A stretch of 64,000 bases of DNA, taken from NCBI GenBank assembly GCA_965222075.1, contig OZ244937.1, positions 1,344,001 through 1,408,000 of the forward strand, given 5' to 3'. Of the stretch, positions 8,591 through 18,277 are shown one piece after another. The notes under the pieces were generated by a model. It did not search any database and was not told the origin of the DNA. It saw nothing but the letters and a program-made list of their open reading frames with translations. This DNA comes from Candidatus Latescibacterota bacterium. GTDB taxonomy: Bacteria > Latescibacterota > UBA2968 > GCA-2709665. Both the position numbers and the translations under genes were made by a program. Each line of letters opens with the position of its first letter. Within the stretch, counting starts at the first letter, position 1.

Positions 8591-9337
8591 TTACTCGATA
8601 AGAGGAACGAAATCCTCGCTGGCCATGGGTTCGTGCTTGTCCCAACGGCCGCGCATCTCAATCAGAACACGCTGCTTCGACGGCGCAGGCAAGGGGTTAA
8701 TGCGTACTACTTGCGCATCGTATTGGCCAGGCGACTCGGCCATAGCCTCCACCAGATCGTCCACAAGATAGCGCGGCGTCCATCCAATCATGTGATAATC
8801 TTCAGTCTGGATCTGTACCGCCAACCCGGTCGCTGGATTGGTCAATTCCAGTGTTACATACAGCTTTTCCTTCGGCTCTAATAAGCCAATTCGCTCTTGC
8901 GCCGATTGATTCACGTGTCGCCGGCCGTGCAGAAAGAACCGACAAACAAAACTTCCGTCGTCGTCCTTGACGATCTTCGGAAAAACCTCATAGGCATCTG
9001 TCATGCGGGAACCGCCGTTTGTCGCCAGAATCTCAATGGGATCAGCCCCCTCACTCAGGTCGAGATAGCGTAGATAATCGGCAAAGTCCGGTCTTGCAGG
9101 ATTCATCACCCGATTTTGAAATAACGGAAACAGCTCCGAGGATTCGTAGTCTTCATCCAACCTGGGAAACTCGATCAACAGAGGGAATCCTGCCTCTAAC
9201 TGTGCTCGCTTCGCCCCGCCCATGTAGCGGAAGCGATACAGCGAACGTTCGACATCAGCATCCAGCCGACCCACCGGAAACCATGCCTGGCCGGGTTCGT
9301 TGTCCTGCCACGCCAGGAAAAGGGTTCTTGTGCTCAT
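8591..9337 (-). CDS. HipS-like/HIRAN domain protein (partner of HipA-like kinase)
   Basis: TLFLAWQD..WFPVGRL..YRFRY..LFPLFQNRV N-domain; FFLHG..ELTNP..AV..IGWTPRYL HIRAN-like C-domain; ATG at 9337 in a TGATG overlap. Confidence 0.75.
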   Translation of the reverse strand: MSTRTLFLAWQDNEPGQAWFPVGRLDADVERSLYRFRYMGGAKRAQLEAGFPLLIEFPRLDEDYESSELFPLFQNRVMNPARPDFADYLRYLDLSEGADPIEILATNGGSRMTDAYEVFPKIVKDDDGSFVCRFFLHGRRHVNQSAQERIGLLEPKEKLYVTLELTNPATGLAVQIQTEDYHMIGWTPRYLVDDLVEAMAESPGQYDAQVVRINPLPAPSKQRVLIEMRGRWDKHEPMASEDFVPLIE

Positions 9338-9683
9338 CAAATAAGCCCTCCTAAACGTCCGAAATTGTAGCGCACCAGTGATTGCCATGGACCAACTCCT
9401 GACCGCCGCGTGCGAACGATTCCGTTGCCGATCCTCGCGTGCCCTCAAATACCGCCAATTCCACCTTCGCATGTGGAATTTCCAGTAACTCAGCGACCTC
9501 AGCGGAAATCTTCTCAGCCCAGTGCTCCCCTGTGTTTGTTCGAGGGTATTTGAAGAGCCAATTGTTCTCTTGTTCCCCTGGACGGCGATACCAGAACTTC
9601 GTCTTGCTTCCCATTGCCTCGGGATCAAGGACCCATTCCGGCTGCACTTCTTGTTCTTCGAAGAAAGGAGAAGATTCACTCAT
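9337..9683 (-). pseudogene. HipA/CtkA-like kinase, internally deleted
   Basis: MGSKTKFW, WLFKYPR, GEHWAEKISAEVAELL N-lobe; frame ends after about 110 codons, catalytic loop absent. Confidence 0.75.
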
Positions 9684-9876
9684 ACGACAAACGACTCAGC
9701 CAAACCGCTCGAAACAGAAGTTTCTGGAAGTCCCGGTTGCCCGCATTGTCCCCAGGTGCGTCGAGCAACTCGAGAAGGCGGCGATGACGCGCGTACAGCC
9801 AGGGGCTTCCCTTGTTATTGCGCGATACTGAAGCTTTCACGCTATCTACCTGTTGTCATCTACCAGGGGCATGTCC

Positions 9877-10794
9877 TCACTCGTCCGAAAAGTAGTCCGA
9901 GTCTATGCTCTTCACTTCGTAGGTGGCCTTGGTCGTCACACCGACGCCATGCTCGATCATGAGTTCGGCGAGCTGGGCTCCTCCAATCAGAATGACCTTG
10001 GTTGCAATATCCGCTGCGAACTCCGTCGCCTCGCGAGTGAATGTGGATGTTGTGACAAAGACCCCCTTGCGCGCGCGCCGCCCCTGCAAGGCACCGGCAA
10101 ACTCTTGGACCTTGGGTCTGCTGATGGAATCCTTCCATCGCTTGGCTTGGATATAGATGATGTCCAGGCCAAGGCGGTCTTCCTTGATTATACCGTCGAT
10201 GCCCCCATCTCCCGAGCGACCTATGGCCTCACCGGCTTCTTGCCTTGAGCCCCCGTAGCCCATGCGGACGAGTAGATCCACGACGAGTTTCTCAAAGAAT
10301 TCCGGAGACGATTTCATAACTGTCTCCAGAAGCTCATAGGCCAGACTCTTCTGCAACGCCGAATAGGCCTCCTGAAGGGTTTCAGCCGGCGTGTCCGTAG
10401 AGATCCCGTCCTCCAACCCGGTTGCATCAACCGATGGGGCGTGTGTACGGCGAGGCTGTCGGAATCTCTGGAATTCCTCAAATTGCTCAAGAAATTTGTT
10501 ATTGATCTCGGAGGGCTTTTCAGCGAGAACATTGCGGCCCCGGTCGGTAATGCGAAAGAAACCCCTCTTGGGGGATTCCAATAGACCAGCCCTTGTAAGG
10601 TACGTTCGTGCCCAGGTAACTCGATTGTGAAACCTCGTTTGCTGGCCGCTCGGCAGGAGTTCCCTTCTCTCATCATTCGTCAGCGCAAAGCGGTGCACGA
10701 GGATATCGACGGCTTCGCGGATCTGGCGGGTTTTGCCATCACCGGCCAACTCAAGCAGGGGCAACATGATGGATTGATAATCTGGAATAGCCAT
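9877..10794 (-). CDS. mrr: Mrr-family type IV restriction endonuclease
   Basis: MAIPDYQ Mrr_N wHTH, FEKLVVDLL, SGDGGIDG, IQAKRW, C-terminal IDSDYF. Confidence 0.92.
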   Translation of the reverse strand: MAIPDYQSIMLPLLELAGDGKTRQIREAVDILVHRFALTNDERRELLPSGQQTRFHNRVTWARTYLTRAGLLESPKRGFFRITDRGRNVLAEKPSEINNKFLEQFEEFQRFRQPRRTHAPSVDATGLEDGISTDTPAETLQEAYSALQKSLAYELLETVMKSSPEFFEKLVVDLLVRMGYGGSRQEAGEAIGRSGDGGIDGIIKEDRLGLDIIYIQAKRWKDSISRPKVQEFAGALQGRRARKGVFVTTSTFTREATEFAADIATKVILIGGAQLAELMIEHGVGVTTKATYEVKSIDSDYFSDE

Positions 10795-11027
10795 GGGTTC
10801 TCCCACTGGGGTTAACGTGCGAGTTTGCCGGGTAGATCAACGAGTTGATTCGTCCGGATACTTGAAGCTTGTGATCATCCGCGACTCCAAATCTGCAATT
10901 GCAGACGACAGACCGGAGACTAAACGCCACTATTCGGTGTGGGCTCCAGGTCTCTCGTCAATGCTCTTCTCATTCTCAGGCCGACGCACAAACGCGGGGT
11001 CACAGGCGCATTTCATTTCTGAGTCGA

Positions 11028-14009
11028 TCAATCCGCTCTAATGCCGGCGAGTACATCGTCGATTTTGGTCGCTACCATGTACCGAGCCGGCGACTCCCGC
11101 ACTTCAAGTGCCTCAAAGTGCGCCTTTCCACACTCGATTTTGGCGCGCTCTGCGCCGCGAAGGTCGCTGGCCAACACACTGCCCTTCGTTTCGACCACGA
11201 AGTACAGCCGCTCGCCCTCATCGGAATCGACCAAGACTGCCCAGTCCGGGTTGTAGCTTCCAAGGGGCGTCGGCACCGCGAACCATCCGGGAAGCTTGGC
11301 GTACACCTTGACGGCAGTGTTCTTCTCAAGCTGGTCCGCAAAACGGGACTCGATGCCAGATTCATAGACGATCTTCTCGTACACCGATTTTGTCGCGTCA
11401 AACATGTTCTTCAGATAGCCGCTAAGCTCTTCCTGCTCGAAGAGTTCCTGTGCATAATAGGATTCGTCCCCGAGGCGTTGGTACTTGATGCCGTCTACCA
11501 ACGCTTCCTGCTTGCAGCGGTTGATGGCCTGTGCGGCAAGTTCGATAAACTGCTGTGGGTTGTGTTTGAAGTCGTTGAGGCGTCCGCTCCCGCAGAGAAT
11601 CCGCTGGATGCTGCGCCGCGTGAGCTGCGTCCGGTCCTGAAGCTCCGTCAGCACATCGGGCAACTCGATCCCGGCCTCATTCAACGTCACGGTTGCGGCC
11701 CCGGTTTTCTCGGTCGCTTCCACACCCGCCTGACCGATGGCGATGTCGGCCTTGCGCCACTGGAGACGGGTTCTGGGGATCACCGGCGCGTCTTGAAGCG
11801 CTTGGGTGCATTGTGCGATCAGGTCCTCGTTGTCGAACGCCACACGGTAGGTGGTCTTGTGCTTGATGCGGTCCCAGAGCGCCTTGAACTCGGGGCTATG
11901 GAGCACGGCCTGGCGCGGGCGTACCGGGCGACGCTCGTTGGCGTTCTTGATCTCCAGGCGACCCGCGAGCTTGCGCAGAAGCCCGGTGATGCTCTCGCGC
12001 TGCGCCGTGAATTCCTCGGGCACGTTGAGCGTCTCTTCCTTGAGCGCCTTGCGAAGCGAGTCTTGTATCCGCCCCTGCGCGTCGATATAGCCCTCTGTGT
12101 TCAGGTGCTCCCACAGAACCTTCGACGCCTCGAAGCCGAGAGCCGTCGTCTTCCCGTCCTCGCCGGTGACCGGAATGGTGGCAAACTGATGCGCCTCCAC
12201 CACACCGAAGCGAATACCCGTATCTTGCTCGATCTCGTGCTGCAGGCTCTCGGCGAACTCTTCGTAGCTTTCCATCGCAACGACCGTGAGCGTGTTAACG
12301 TCGAAGCCGCGCAGGCGCTCGCCGTTCTGGTTGACGCACAGGCGCAAACCGCGCCCAATTGTCTGCCGGCGCTCTTGCTCGGTCCGAATATCGCGGAGCG
12401 CACAGATCTGGAAGACATTGGGATTATCCCAGCCTTCGCGCAGGGCTGAGTGAGAGAAAATGAACTTGAGCGGCGTCTCCAGGCTCAGGAGCTTCTCTTT
12501 CTCCTTCATGATCAGATTGTAGGCCCGTTCGGCGTTGTCGCGGTTGGCCTGGGTGTTCTCGGCGGTATCCGTCCAGCCGCCCTTCTTGTCGATGGAAAAG
12601 TACCCGTTGTGGACCTCCTCGGCGGCCGCATCGAGATCCACCTCTTCAAACAGGGTCCGGTAGTCCGGATGATTGGCGAGACGCCGATACTCCTCCTCGA
12701 ACATCCGGGCGTAGTCTCCCTTGACGGGATTGCCCTCGTCGTCGTACCGGCGGTAGCGACCCACCACATCGATAAAAAACAGGCTGAGCACCTTGATCCC
12801 CTGAGGGCGCAGGCGCTTCTCCTTGTCGAGATGCTCCCGAATGGTACGGCGAATCATCTGCCGCTGGACGGCGAGGGCATCCACGTCGCCCCAGGCTTCT
12901 CCCAGGCGGAGGTATTGCTCGCCGCCCGGCACGCGGATCTCGACGAACTCGTTCCCTCTTTCGGCGCGGATCTCGCCAATGCGGCAATCACGGTAGACGG
13001 CGCGTCCGGTGGTCTGTTCGAGATCGTCACCATCCTGGACATCGACCTCCCGGCGTCGGACTCCGCCGGGTGTCTCGACACCAAGCTCGACCCTGGCGCT
13101 GATGACACCGCGCCGGTTGCTCGCCGAAACCAGGCGGACGTATGGCTTGTTGTGCGCGTCTTCGACCGTAGCTGACGCCACCTCGATCTGCTTCACCAGC
13201 TTGCGTTCGTACGCATCCACGGCATCGAGCCGAAAGACCATGTGGTGCTGATCCGCGTGCGTCGCCGAATAGCGCAAGGTGCAGAGCGGATTCATGGCCC
13301 TCAGGGCTTCTTTGCCGCGCCCCTGAAGACCGCCGTCCACACTCTGCGGCTCATCGACGATCAGGATGGGCCGCGTGGCCCGGATCAGGTCAATCGGCTT
13401 CTCGCCACCCGTCTTCTCGCTGTCCTTGTAGAGGTTGTTGACGTCCTTCTTGTTGATGGCCCCGACCGTCACCACCATGATCTGGATCTGTGGACTGGTG
13501 GCGAAATTCCGAACCTGACCCAGCTTCGCGGAGTCGTAGAGGAAATACTCGAAGGGGGTTCCCGAGTAGAGCGCTCGGAAATGCTCCTCGGTAATCTGAA
13601 GCGACTTGTACACGCCCTCCTTGATCGCAATCGAAGGCACGACAATGACGAACTTCGTGAAACCGTAGCGTTTGTTCAGCTCGAAAATCGTCCGCAGGTA
13701 CACATACGTCTTCCCTGTACCCGTCTCCATCTCCACGGTAAAGTCCCCGGAATCCAGGACTTCGGAAGGCCGCAAGCCGTTGCGGAGCTGGATGGCTTTC
13801 AGGTTCTCAAGAACTTCGTCATCGAGCAGGGTCAACCGGTTGCCGATGCCCAGGTCGCTTTCGGCAAAACCGAGCCGCGCCTGGGTCTCCGCAGGGTCCC
13901 GCGTGACGGTGAACTCGGTCCGACAGACCTCCTGCCCGCGGAACAGATCGCACACCGACTCAATCGCCTGGAGTTGGAAGTCGAGATTGGGTTCAAAGTG
14001 GAATTTCAT
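11028..14009 (-). CDS. res: Type III restriction enzyme Res subunit
   Basis: EMETGTGKT Walker [28 protein letters not shown]-terminal YNPDW..VETKG nuclease. Confidence 0.93.
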   Translation of the reverse strand: MKFHFEPNLDFQLQAIESVCDLFRGQEVCRTEFTVTRDPAETQARLGFAESDLGIGNRLTLLDDEVLENLKAIQLRNGLRPSEVLDSGDFTVEMETGTGKTYVYLRTIFELNKRYGFTKFVIVVPSIAIKEGVYKSLQITEEHFRALYSGTPFEYFLYDSAKLGQVRNFATSPQIQIMVVTVGAINKKDVNNLYKDSEKTGGEKPIDLIRATRPILIVDEPQSVDGGLQGRGKEALRAMNPLCTLRYSATHADQHHMVFRLDAVDAYERKLVKQIEVASATVEDAHNKPYVRLVSASNRRGVISARVELGVETPGGVRRREVDVQDGDDLEQTTGRAVYRDCRIGEIRAERGNEFVEIRVPGGEQYLRLGEAWGDVDALAVQRQMIRRTIREHLDKEKRLRPQGIKVLSLFFIDVVGRYRRYDDEGNPVKGDYARMFEEEYRRLANHPDYRTLFEEVDLDAAAEEVHNGYFSIDKKGGWTDTAENTQANRDNAERAYNLIMKEKEKLLSLETPLKFIFSHSALREGWDNPNVFQICALRDIRTEQERRQTIGRGLRLCVNQNGERLRGFDVNTLTVVAMESYEEFAESLQHEIEQDTGIRFGVVEAHQFATIPVTGEDGKTTALGFEASKVLWEHLNTEGYIDAQGRIQDSLRKALKEETLNVPEEFTAQRESITGLLRKLAGRLEIKNANERRPVRPRQAVLHSPEFKALWDRIKHKTTYRVAFDNEDLIAQCTQALQDAPVIPRTRLQWRKADIAIGQAGVEATEKTGAATVTLNEAGIELPDVLTELQDRTQLTRRSIQRILCGSGRLNDFKHNPQQFIELAAQAINRCKQEALVDGIKYQRLGDESYYAQELFEQEELSGYLKNMFDATKSVYEKIVYESGIESRFADQLEKNTAVKVYAKLPGWFAVPTPLGSYNPDWAVLVDSDEGERLYFVVETKGSVLASDLRGAERAKIECGKAHFEALEVRESPARYMVATKIDDVLAGIRAD

Positions 14010-14288
14010 GGCGAGATTATCGAATTCCCTGTCAACGGATGCATGGGCATCCGCTCACCCGTGGAAACGAACCTGCTCTCGTGAGAGATGAAATACGTCG
14101 GCGATCTGGAGAAACTGTCATAGTAGTAGCGATGGGCCAGGGGCGTCCGGCAGCGGGACGCGGATTGGCTGTGCCAAATCTCCACCAAATCACGATGTCC
14201 TTGGGTATCCACCGGGCAACTCGGGGAGCCGACGATCTGCCTTGCTTTGGTTGTTTACATTGCGACACTGTTATGCCATCAGATTCTT

Positions 14289-15622
14289 GGTAACGTCCCT
14301 ATAGGCCGTGTGTAAGAAATAGGGTATATTTATGGGAGGAACAGCCACCCACAACAAGGAGGGTCCTCCCATGAGACGTAACCAGCCGCTACCAGAAGGT
14401 CTTTATTGTCCCAATTGGGAGTGTAGTCTTTTCGGGCAAGTAGAAGCATGCAAACTTGAGCGTCACGCCTACTATGGTCCGGATCGGAAAGTCATCTATC
14501 TTTGCCGAGCCTGCCGAAAGACGTTTTCAGAAACACGAGGGACCTTTTTCTTTGGTCTGCACACGCCTCGTGAGAAGGTTTTGACGGCCCTGGCGATGAT
14601 CGCCGAAGGGGGAGGTATCCGCGCCACAGGCAGAGCGATGGGCGTTGACAAAGATACCATCCAAAGTTGGGTCGAACGAGCAGGGAAGCATGTCGAGGAA
14701 GTCTCGGCCTATTTGACGGTGAACTGTCACCTGAGTGAAGCCCAACTGGATGCGTTGTGGACCTTTGTTAAAAAAAAGACCAAAACCTCAAGGAGGCGGA
14801 TGATCCGGAAGAAACCGGTGAATTCTTTGTCTGGCGCTGCGTGAAGAGGGACACAAAAGTGCGTGTAGCCTCTTTTGTGGGCAAAAACGATGAAGAAGGC
14901 GCCAAGGGGCTGCTTGTCAAGGTTAAAGAACGGATGGCCAAGCCGAACGATCCCCTTTACGCAGGTGCTGGTAATCCGCTGTTTGTCTCCGACCTGCCTG
15001 TGCGTGCTGTCTCACGCACGCAGACAGGTGGTGACCTGTCGATTCCCCCTGCAATGCTTGCTGTATTTGGCAAAGAAGTGGAAGAGCCTGTGCATCGAGG
15101 GCCGAAGTGGAAGTATCCACGTATAGAACCCGATGAGAATGTGATCTTTGTGAGGGCGATCAAACAGCGCAATCAGACCGGTCGTCTTTTGGGCATCCTG
15201 GAGGAAGTCACCTGGGGCGAGGAAAAGGCAGTTTGGCAACGGATAGATCCAGATGGCGAAGGGTGGCATATCTCTACCTTCTGCGTCGAACGAGACAATC
15301 TGACCTCCAGACTGCATAACAGCCGTTTGGTTCGTAAAACGCTTCGGTTTTCCAAACAACGAGAGATGTTGGAAGCTGCCGTGGGCTTGGAGGATGCCTA
15401 CTTCAACTTTTGTTTGCCCCACGACGCTCTGAAAAGACCGCTTGCTGTGCCTGTGCCGACAAAAGGGAACGGATCGCCGAAGAAGTGGGCGCTACGCACG
15501 CCGATGATGGCTGAAAGCCTGACTCATCACGTGTGGACCTTGGAAGAACTCCTGTCGTTCCGGGTGCCTCCCAGGCATCTCTGGACTGACCCTTAAAACA
15601 CATGCCCCGAAGGGACACTACC
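14289..15622 (+). mobile_element. IS1-family-like insertion sequence, 1334 bp
   Basis: Imperfect TIRs GGTAACGTCCCTATAGGCCGTGTG / GGTAGTGTCCCTTCGGGGCATGTG; 8-bp TSD AGATTCTT at 14281-14288 and 15623-15630. Confidence 0.9.
14371..15596 (+). CDS. IS1-like transposase, two ORFs joined by a probable -1 frameshift
   Basis: Zn ribbon CPNWEC..CRAC + HTH, QLDALW; A8G slippery run at 14770-14778; -1 frame open into the 14841-15596 ORF with FVSD..G and VERDN. Confidence 0.8.
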
Positions 15623-18170
15623 AGATTCTTACTTCAAGGCAATTGCACTTGCCGAGTAGACCGCTATAAGCGTTCGCAATTGTCGTCCATCTGGCCGTTA
15701 GACCTTGTTCCTCCAGTCTTCTGTGAATGATCCCGATCAACGATTTAGAATTTTTTGGAACGCCATCTTCCAAATCGGCTTCGTTAAATTTCCCCCGCCC
15801 TACGACATAGCAGGTAAAGATGCCGGACAACGTGCCTTGCTGTCCAAGATTATCCAAATGGGAACCCCAGGTAGCAACACGAAATCCCAGTCTATTTCCT
15901 TTCTTTAAGAATTCCGATATTCCATCTAAGCTCAATAACTTAAACCCATCGCGCGAAATTACAAGAATTGACTGACAAATTTCTACGGGATCATAATCAA
16001 ATTCACACAGCGAATAGCTTGCCGCGATAGATTTGATTGGGTCAAGATTTTCTTTCTTCAGCAGGTCCGCTTGTTGTGCCAGCCACGATTTAATGCTCGC
16101 GATCGGTGCCACTCGTTCACCAGCCTCTCGCTTGGCATTTTTGGGAAAGTGATCAATTAGACCGATAAATGGCTCATCGTAACGATTATGAGGTGAAACT
16201 AAACCGCCCACAGCTTTCGCCGAAAGAAAATCGGCCCCATTTGACCGAGAACAGCTAACAGCAGCCAAACCGTAACATTTTTGGCCATCACGGATCTCTC
16301 TAAGGCGATGAACATTACTATCTATAATGTGCTGAACCTTCGCGTTCACGCCGCAACTCACATACGAAAGAGTCTTAAGCCACGCTGCTCTATCTTCTAT
16401 TTTCGGCGGAAAACCGCCGTGAACTTGAGTGGTTTTTCCGTCCCATTCGACAAAAACTCGGACTCCAATTCCGGAGACTAAGGCCGCTACATAATCGTGA
16501 AACGTGACATCAAAATCCTCATGGCCATGAATATTCGCGTGTATCTTTATGCGATTTGGATTCGCCAAAACATTTTTCTTAAAGTCTATTTCGATCCTTG
16601 TTGAGACATCCATTCCAAAGTTCTCAGATTTGTATTTGCTGAGCGTTGGCCGAAGTGAAAGTCCATTTGCAAACGAAAGGCACATAAGAGAATCGAGGCC
16701 TTGATCGAAGCGACGTGAAAATACCCTCACACTATCGGCGATCATAAAAATGGAAAAGAAACCAATTCCAAAACGCCCGGCTGGAGAATGGCCAGAAGAT
16801 TGGAGGCCTGGAAACTCCTGAGACGCCCGCGCGTTTTTCCAAAAACTTTTACCGAAATCCGTCAAATCATCAGTAAGCGTCTTTTGGGACATTCCGATAC
16901 CATCATCATCAATTTGTAAGACAAAGCGCCCTCTCTTGGGATAGTCAATTAGACGCACAATAATGCGTCCATCAAAATGCTCATTAGTGATTGTCTGTCT
17001 CGCGGTGATTGCATCTGAAGAGTTCTGAACGAGCTCCCGGATTACTATTTCGAGCTTGTCCTGCGTACCATATAGCTCTGCGCCGCCTAATCTTTCGATC
17101 AAACTTGCTACGTCGGAAACATGTACCTTGGTATCCGTCGGCTCCCAGTCCATAGTTTCAACGTATTTCGTCAATTCCTTAACATTTCCAGCTCCCGCAA
17201 CGCATTTTCGCGCGAACTGCGGGTGGAACCCGTTTGCTGCGTTCCCAAGCACCTCGTTGCAATCCCTGAGTTCCTTGTCAAAGAGCGCTATCGCATCAAA
17301 TGCGACCCACCACGCTGTAGCTCCGTTTTGCGGAAAAGGCCCGGTTGATGCGATGATCAACTGAGTTTGGTCGTTCGGGTTGACTATGACCCGTCCCAGA
17401 CGGTTCTGAGCAACCCAATGTGCCCTGGAAACTGAATTCATCTCAAGCAGCTTCAGGAGAAATGTGGGGGCGCGTGCGCCGTCTATGTGTCCGGCGTCCG
17501 CAACTCGCAACATACAAGCTATTTTCAGAGGATCGACAACCCAGTCGGGCCGGAGGAAAGCTGCCGGGGGGCGAGGTGTGGAGAACCGTTGGACGGTGGT
17601 TTCTATATCCCAATGATGCGATGCTGCAATTTCCCCTATCAGGTGGCCATAGTGTTCTCGAAGTTCGCTATCTTCGATCAGATACACGGAGCCATTCGAT
17701 TGAGCTTGCCATGGATCGCATGCTAGCCTCGCTGCTTGAGAAGCATGAAGATACCTCAGGGCCTCGAAATCGGCCTCGTGGCGAATGTCCTGTGTATTGT
17801 TGGCCAGACTAGAGAGTCGGGCGTGAGCATCTCTCCATTCCACGGTGTTACGCAGACCTTGCTGTCCCCCAGCATATGCCTCAAAGCAAAGGGCGGCGTC
17901 ATGCAACAAGACAGCGCCACCGAATACATATGCTTCCAACGGATTTAAGGGGAAATCGTCACCCACAATTATGTCGGCAACTTCCCAAATTGCATCCATA
18001 TGCGTGATATCGTGTATCGTGAGATGAGGAAGGTCTACAGCGATTTTGGATGTCAATTGTGCAACTCTATTGCGAAAGTTGTCAAGAGAAGCCGTAAGTC
18101 TTATGATGTTGGGGTCGGCTTCTTTGTTGGCCCCAAAGCTCCTTTGCCAGATGCCCGTTTCCTGAATCAT
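15618..18170 (-). CDS. HD-domain + HSP90-like GHKL ATPase protein (HD-CE-like architecture)
   Basis: HDITH, LLHDAAL, ASHHWD, LRVADAGH HD motifs; RELVQNSSDA, DDDGIGM, GRFGIGFFS GHKL boxes; visibly AT-richer than flanks; start at ATG 18170 (ORF track extends to 18266). Confidence 0.8.
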   Translation of the reverse strand: MIQETGIWQRSFGANKEADPNIIRLTASLDNFRNRVAQLTSKIAVDLPHLTIHDITHMDAIWEVADIIVGDDFPLNPLEAYVFGGAVLLHDAALCFEAYAGGQQGLRNTVEWRDAHARLSSLANNTQDIRHEADFEALRYLHASQAARLACDPWQAQSNGSVYLIEDSELREHYGHLIGEIAASHHWDIETTVQRFSTPRPPAAFLRPDWVVDPLKIACMLRVADAGHIDGARAPTFLLKLLEMNSVSRAHWVAQNRLGRVIVNPNDQTQLIIASTGPFPQNGATAWWVAFDAIALFDKELRDCNEVLGNAANGFHPQFARKCVAGAGNVKELTKYVETMDWEPTDTKVHVSDVASLIERLGGAELYGTQDKLEIVIRELVQNSSDAITARQTITNEHFDGRIIVRLIDYPKRGRFVLQIDDDGIGMSQKTLTDDLTDFGKSFWKNARASQEFPGLQSSGHSPAGRFGIGFFSIFMIADSVRVFSRRFDQGLDSLMCLSFANGLSLRPTLSKYKSENFGMDVSTRIEIDFKKNVLANPNRIKIHANIHGHEDFDVTFHDYVAALVSGIGVRVFVEWDGKTTQVHGGFPPKIEDRAAWLKTLSYVSCGVNAKVQHIIDSNVHRLREIRDGQKCYGLAAVSCSRSNGADFLSAKAVGGLVSPHNRYDEPFIGLIDHFPKNAKREAGERVAPIASIKSWLAQQADLLKKENLDPIKSIAASYSLCEFDYDPVEICQSILVISRDGFKLLSLDGISEFLKKGNRLGFRVATWGSHLDNLGQQGTLSGIFTCYVVGRGKFNEADLEDGVPKNSKSLIGIIHRRLEEQGLTARWTTIANAYSGLLGKCNCLEVRIW

Positions 18171-18277
18171 ATTGGTCCTAATCCTATCGGTAAGTACGCG
18201 CAAGCTTTCGCCAAGGGCGGTCTGTTGAGATAAGGTATTTCCGTTCACTCTGAAACTCGACTTCAACGGAGTCTCTC

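Noticed and set aside
8591-9679. 362-aa ORF as called by the track
   Set aside because: Its first ~114 codons overlap the kinase remnant in another frame; the real start is ATG 9337
10899-12449. Long + strand ORFs (also 868-2100 minus, 37752-39278, 54115-55572, 57101-58225)
   Set aside because: Antisense shadows of well-supported genes in GC-rich DNA; no motifs
14010-14280. Small ORFs between the IS and res
   Set aside because: No recognisable motif or clear RBS
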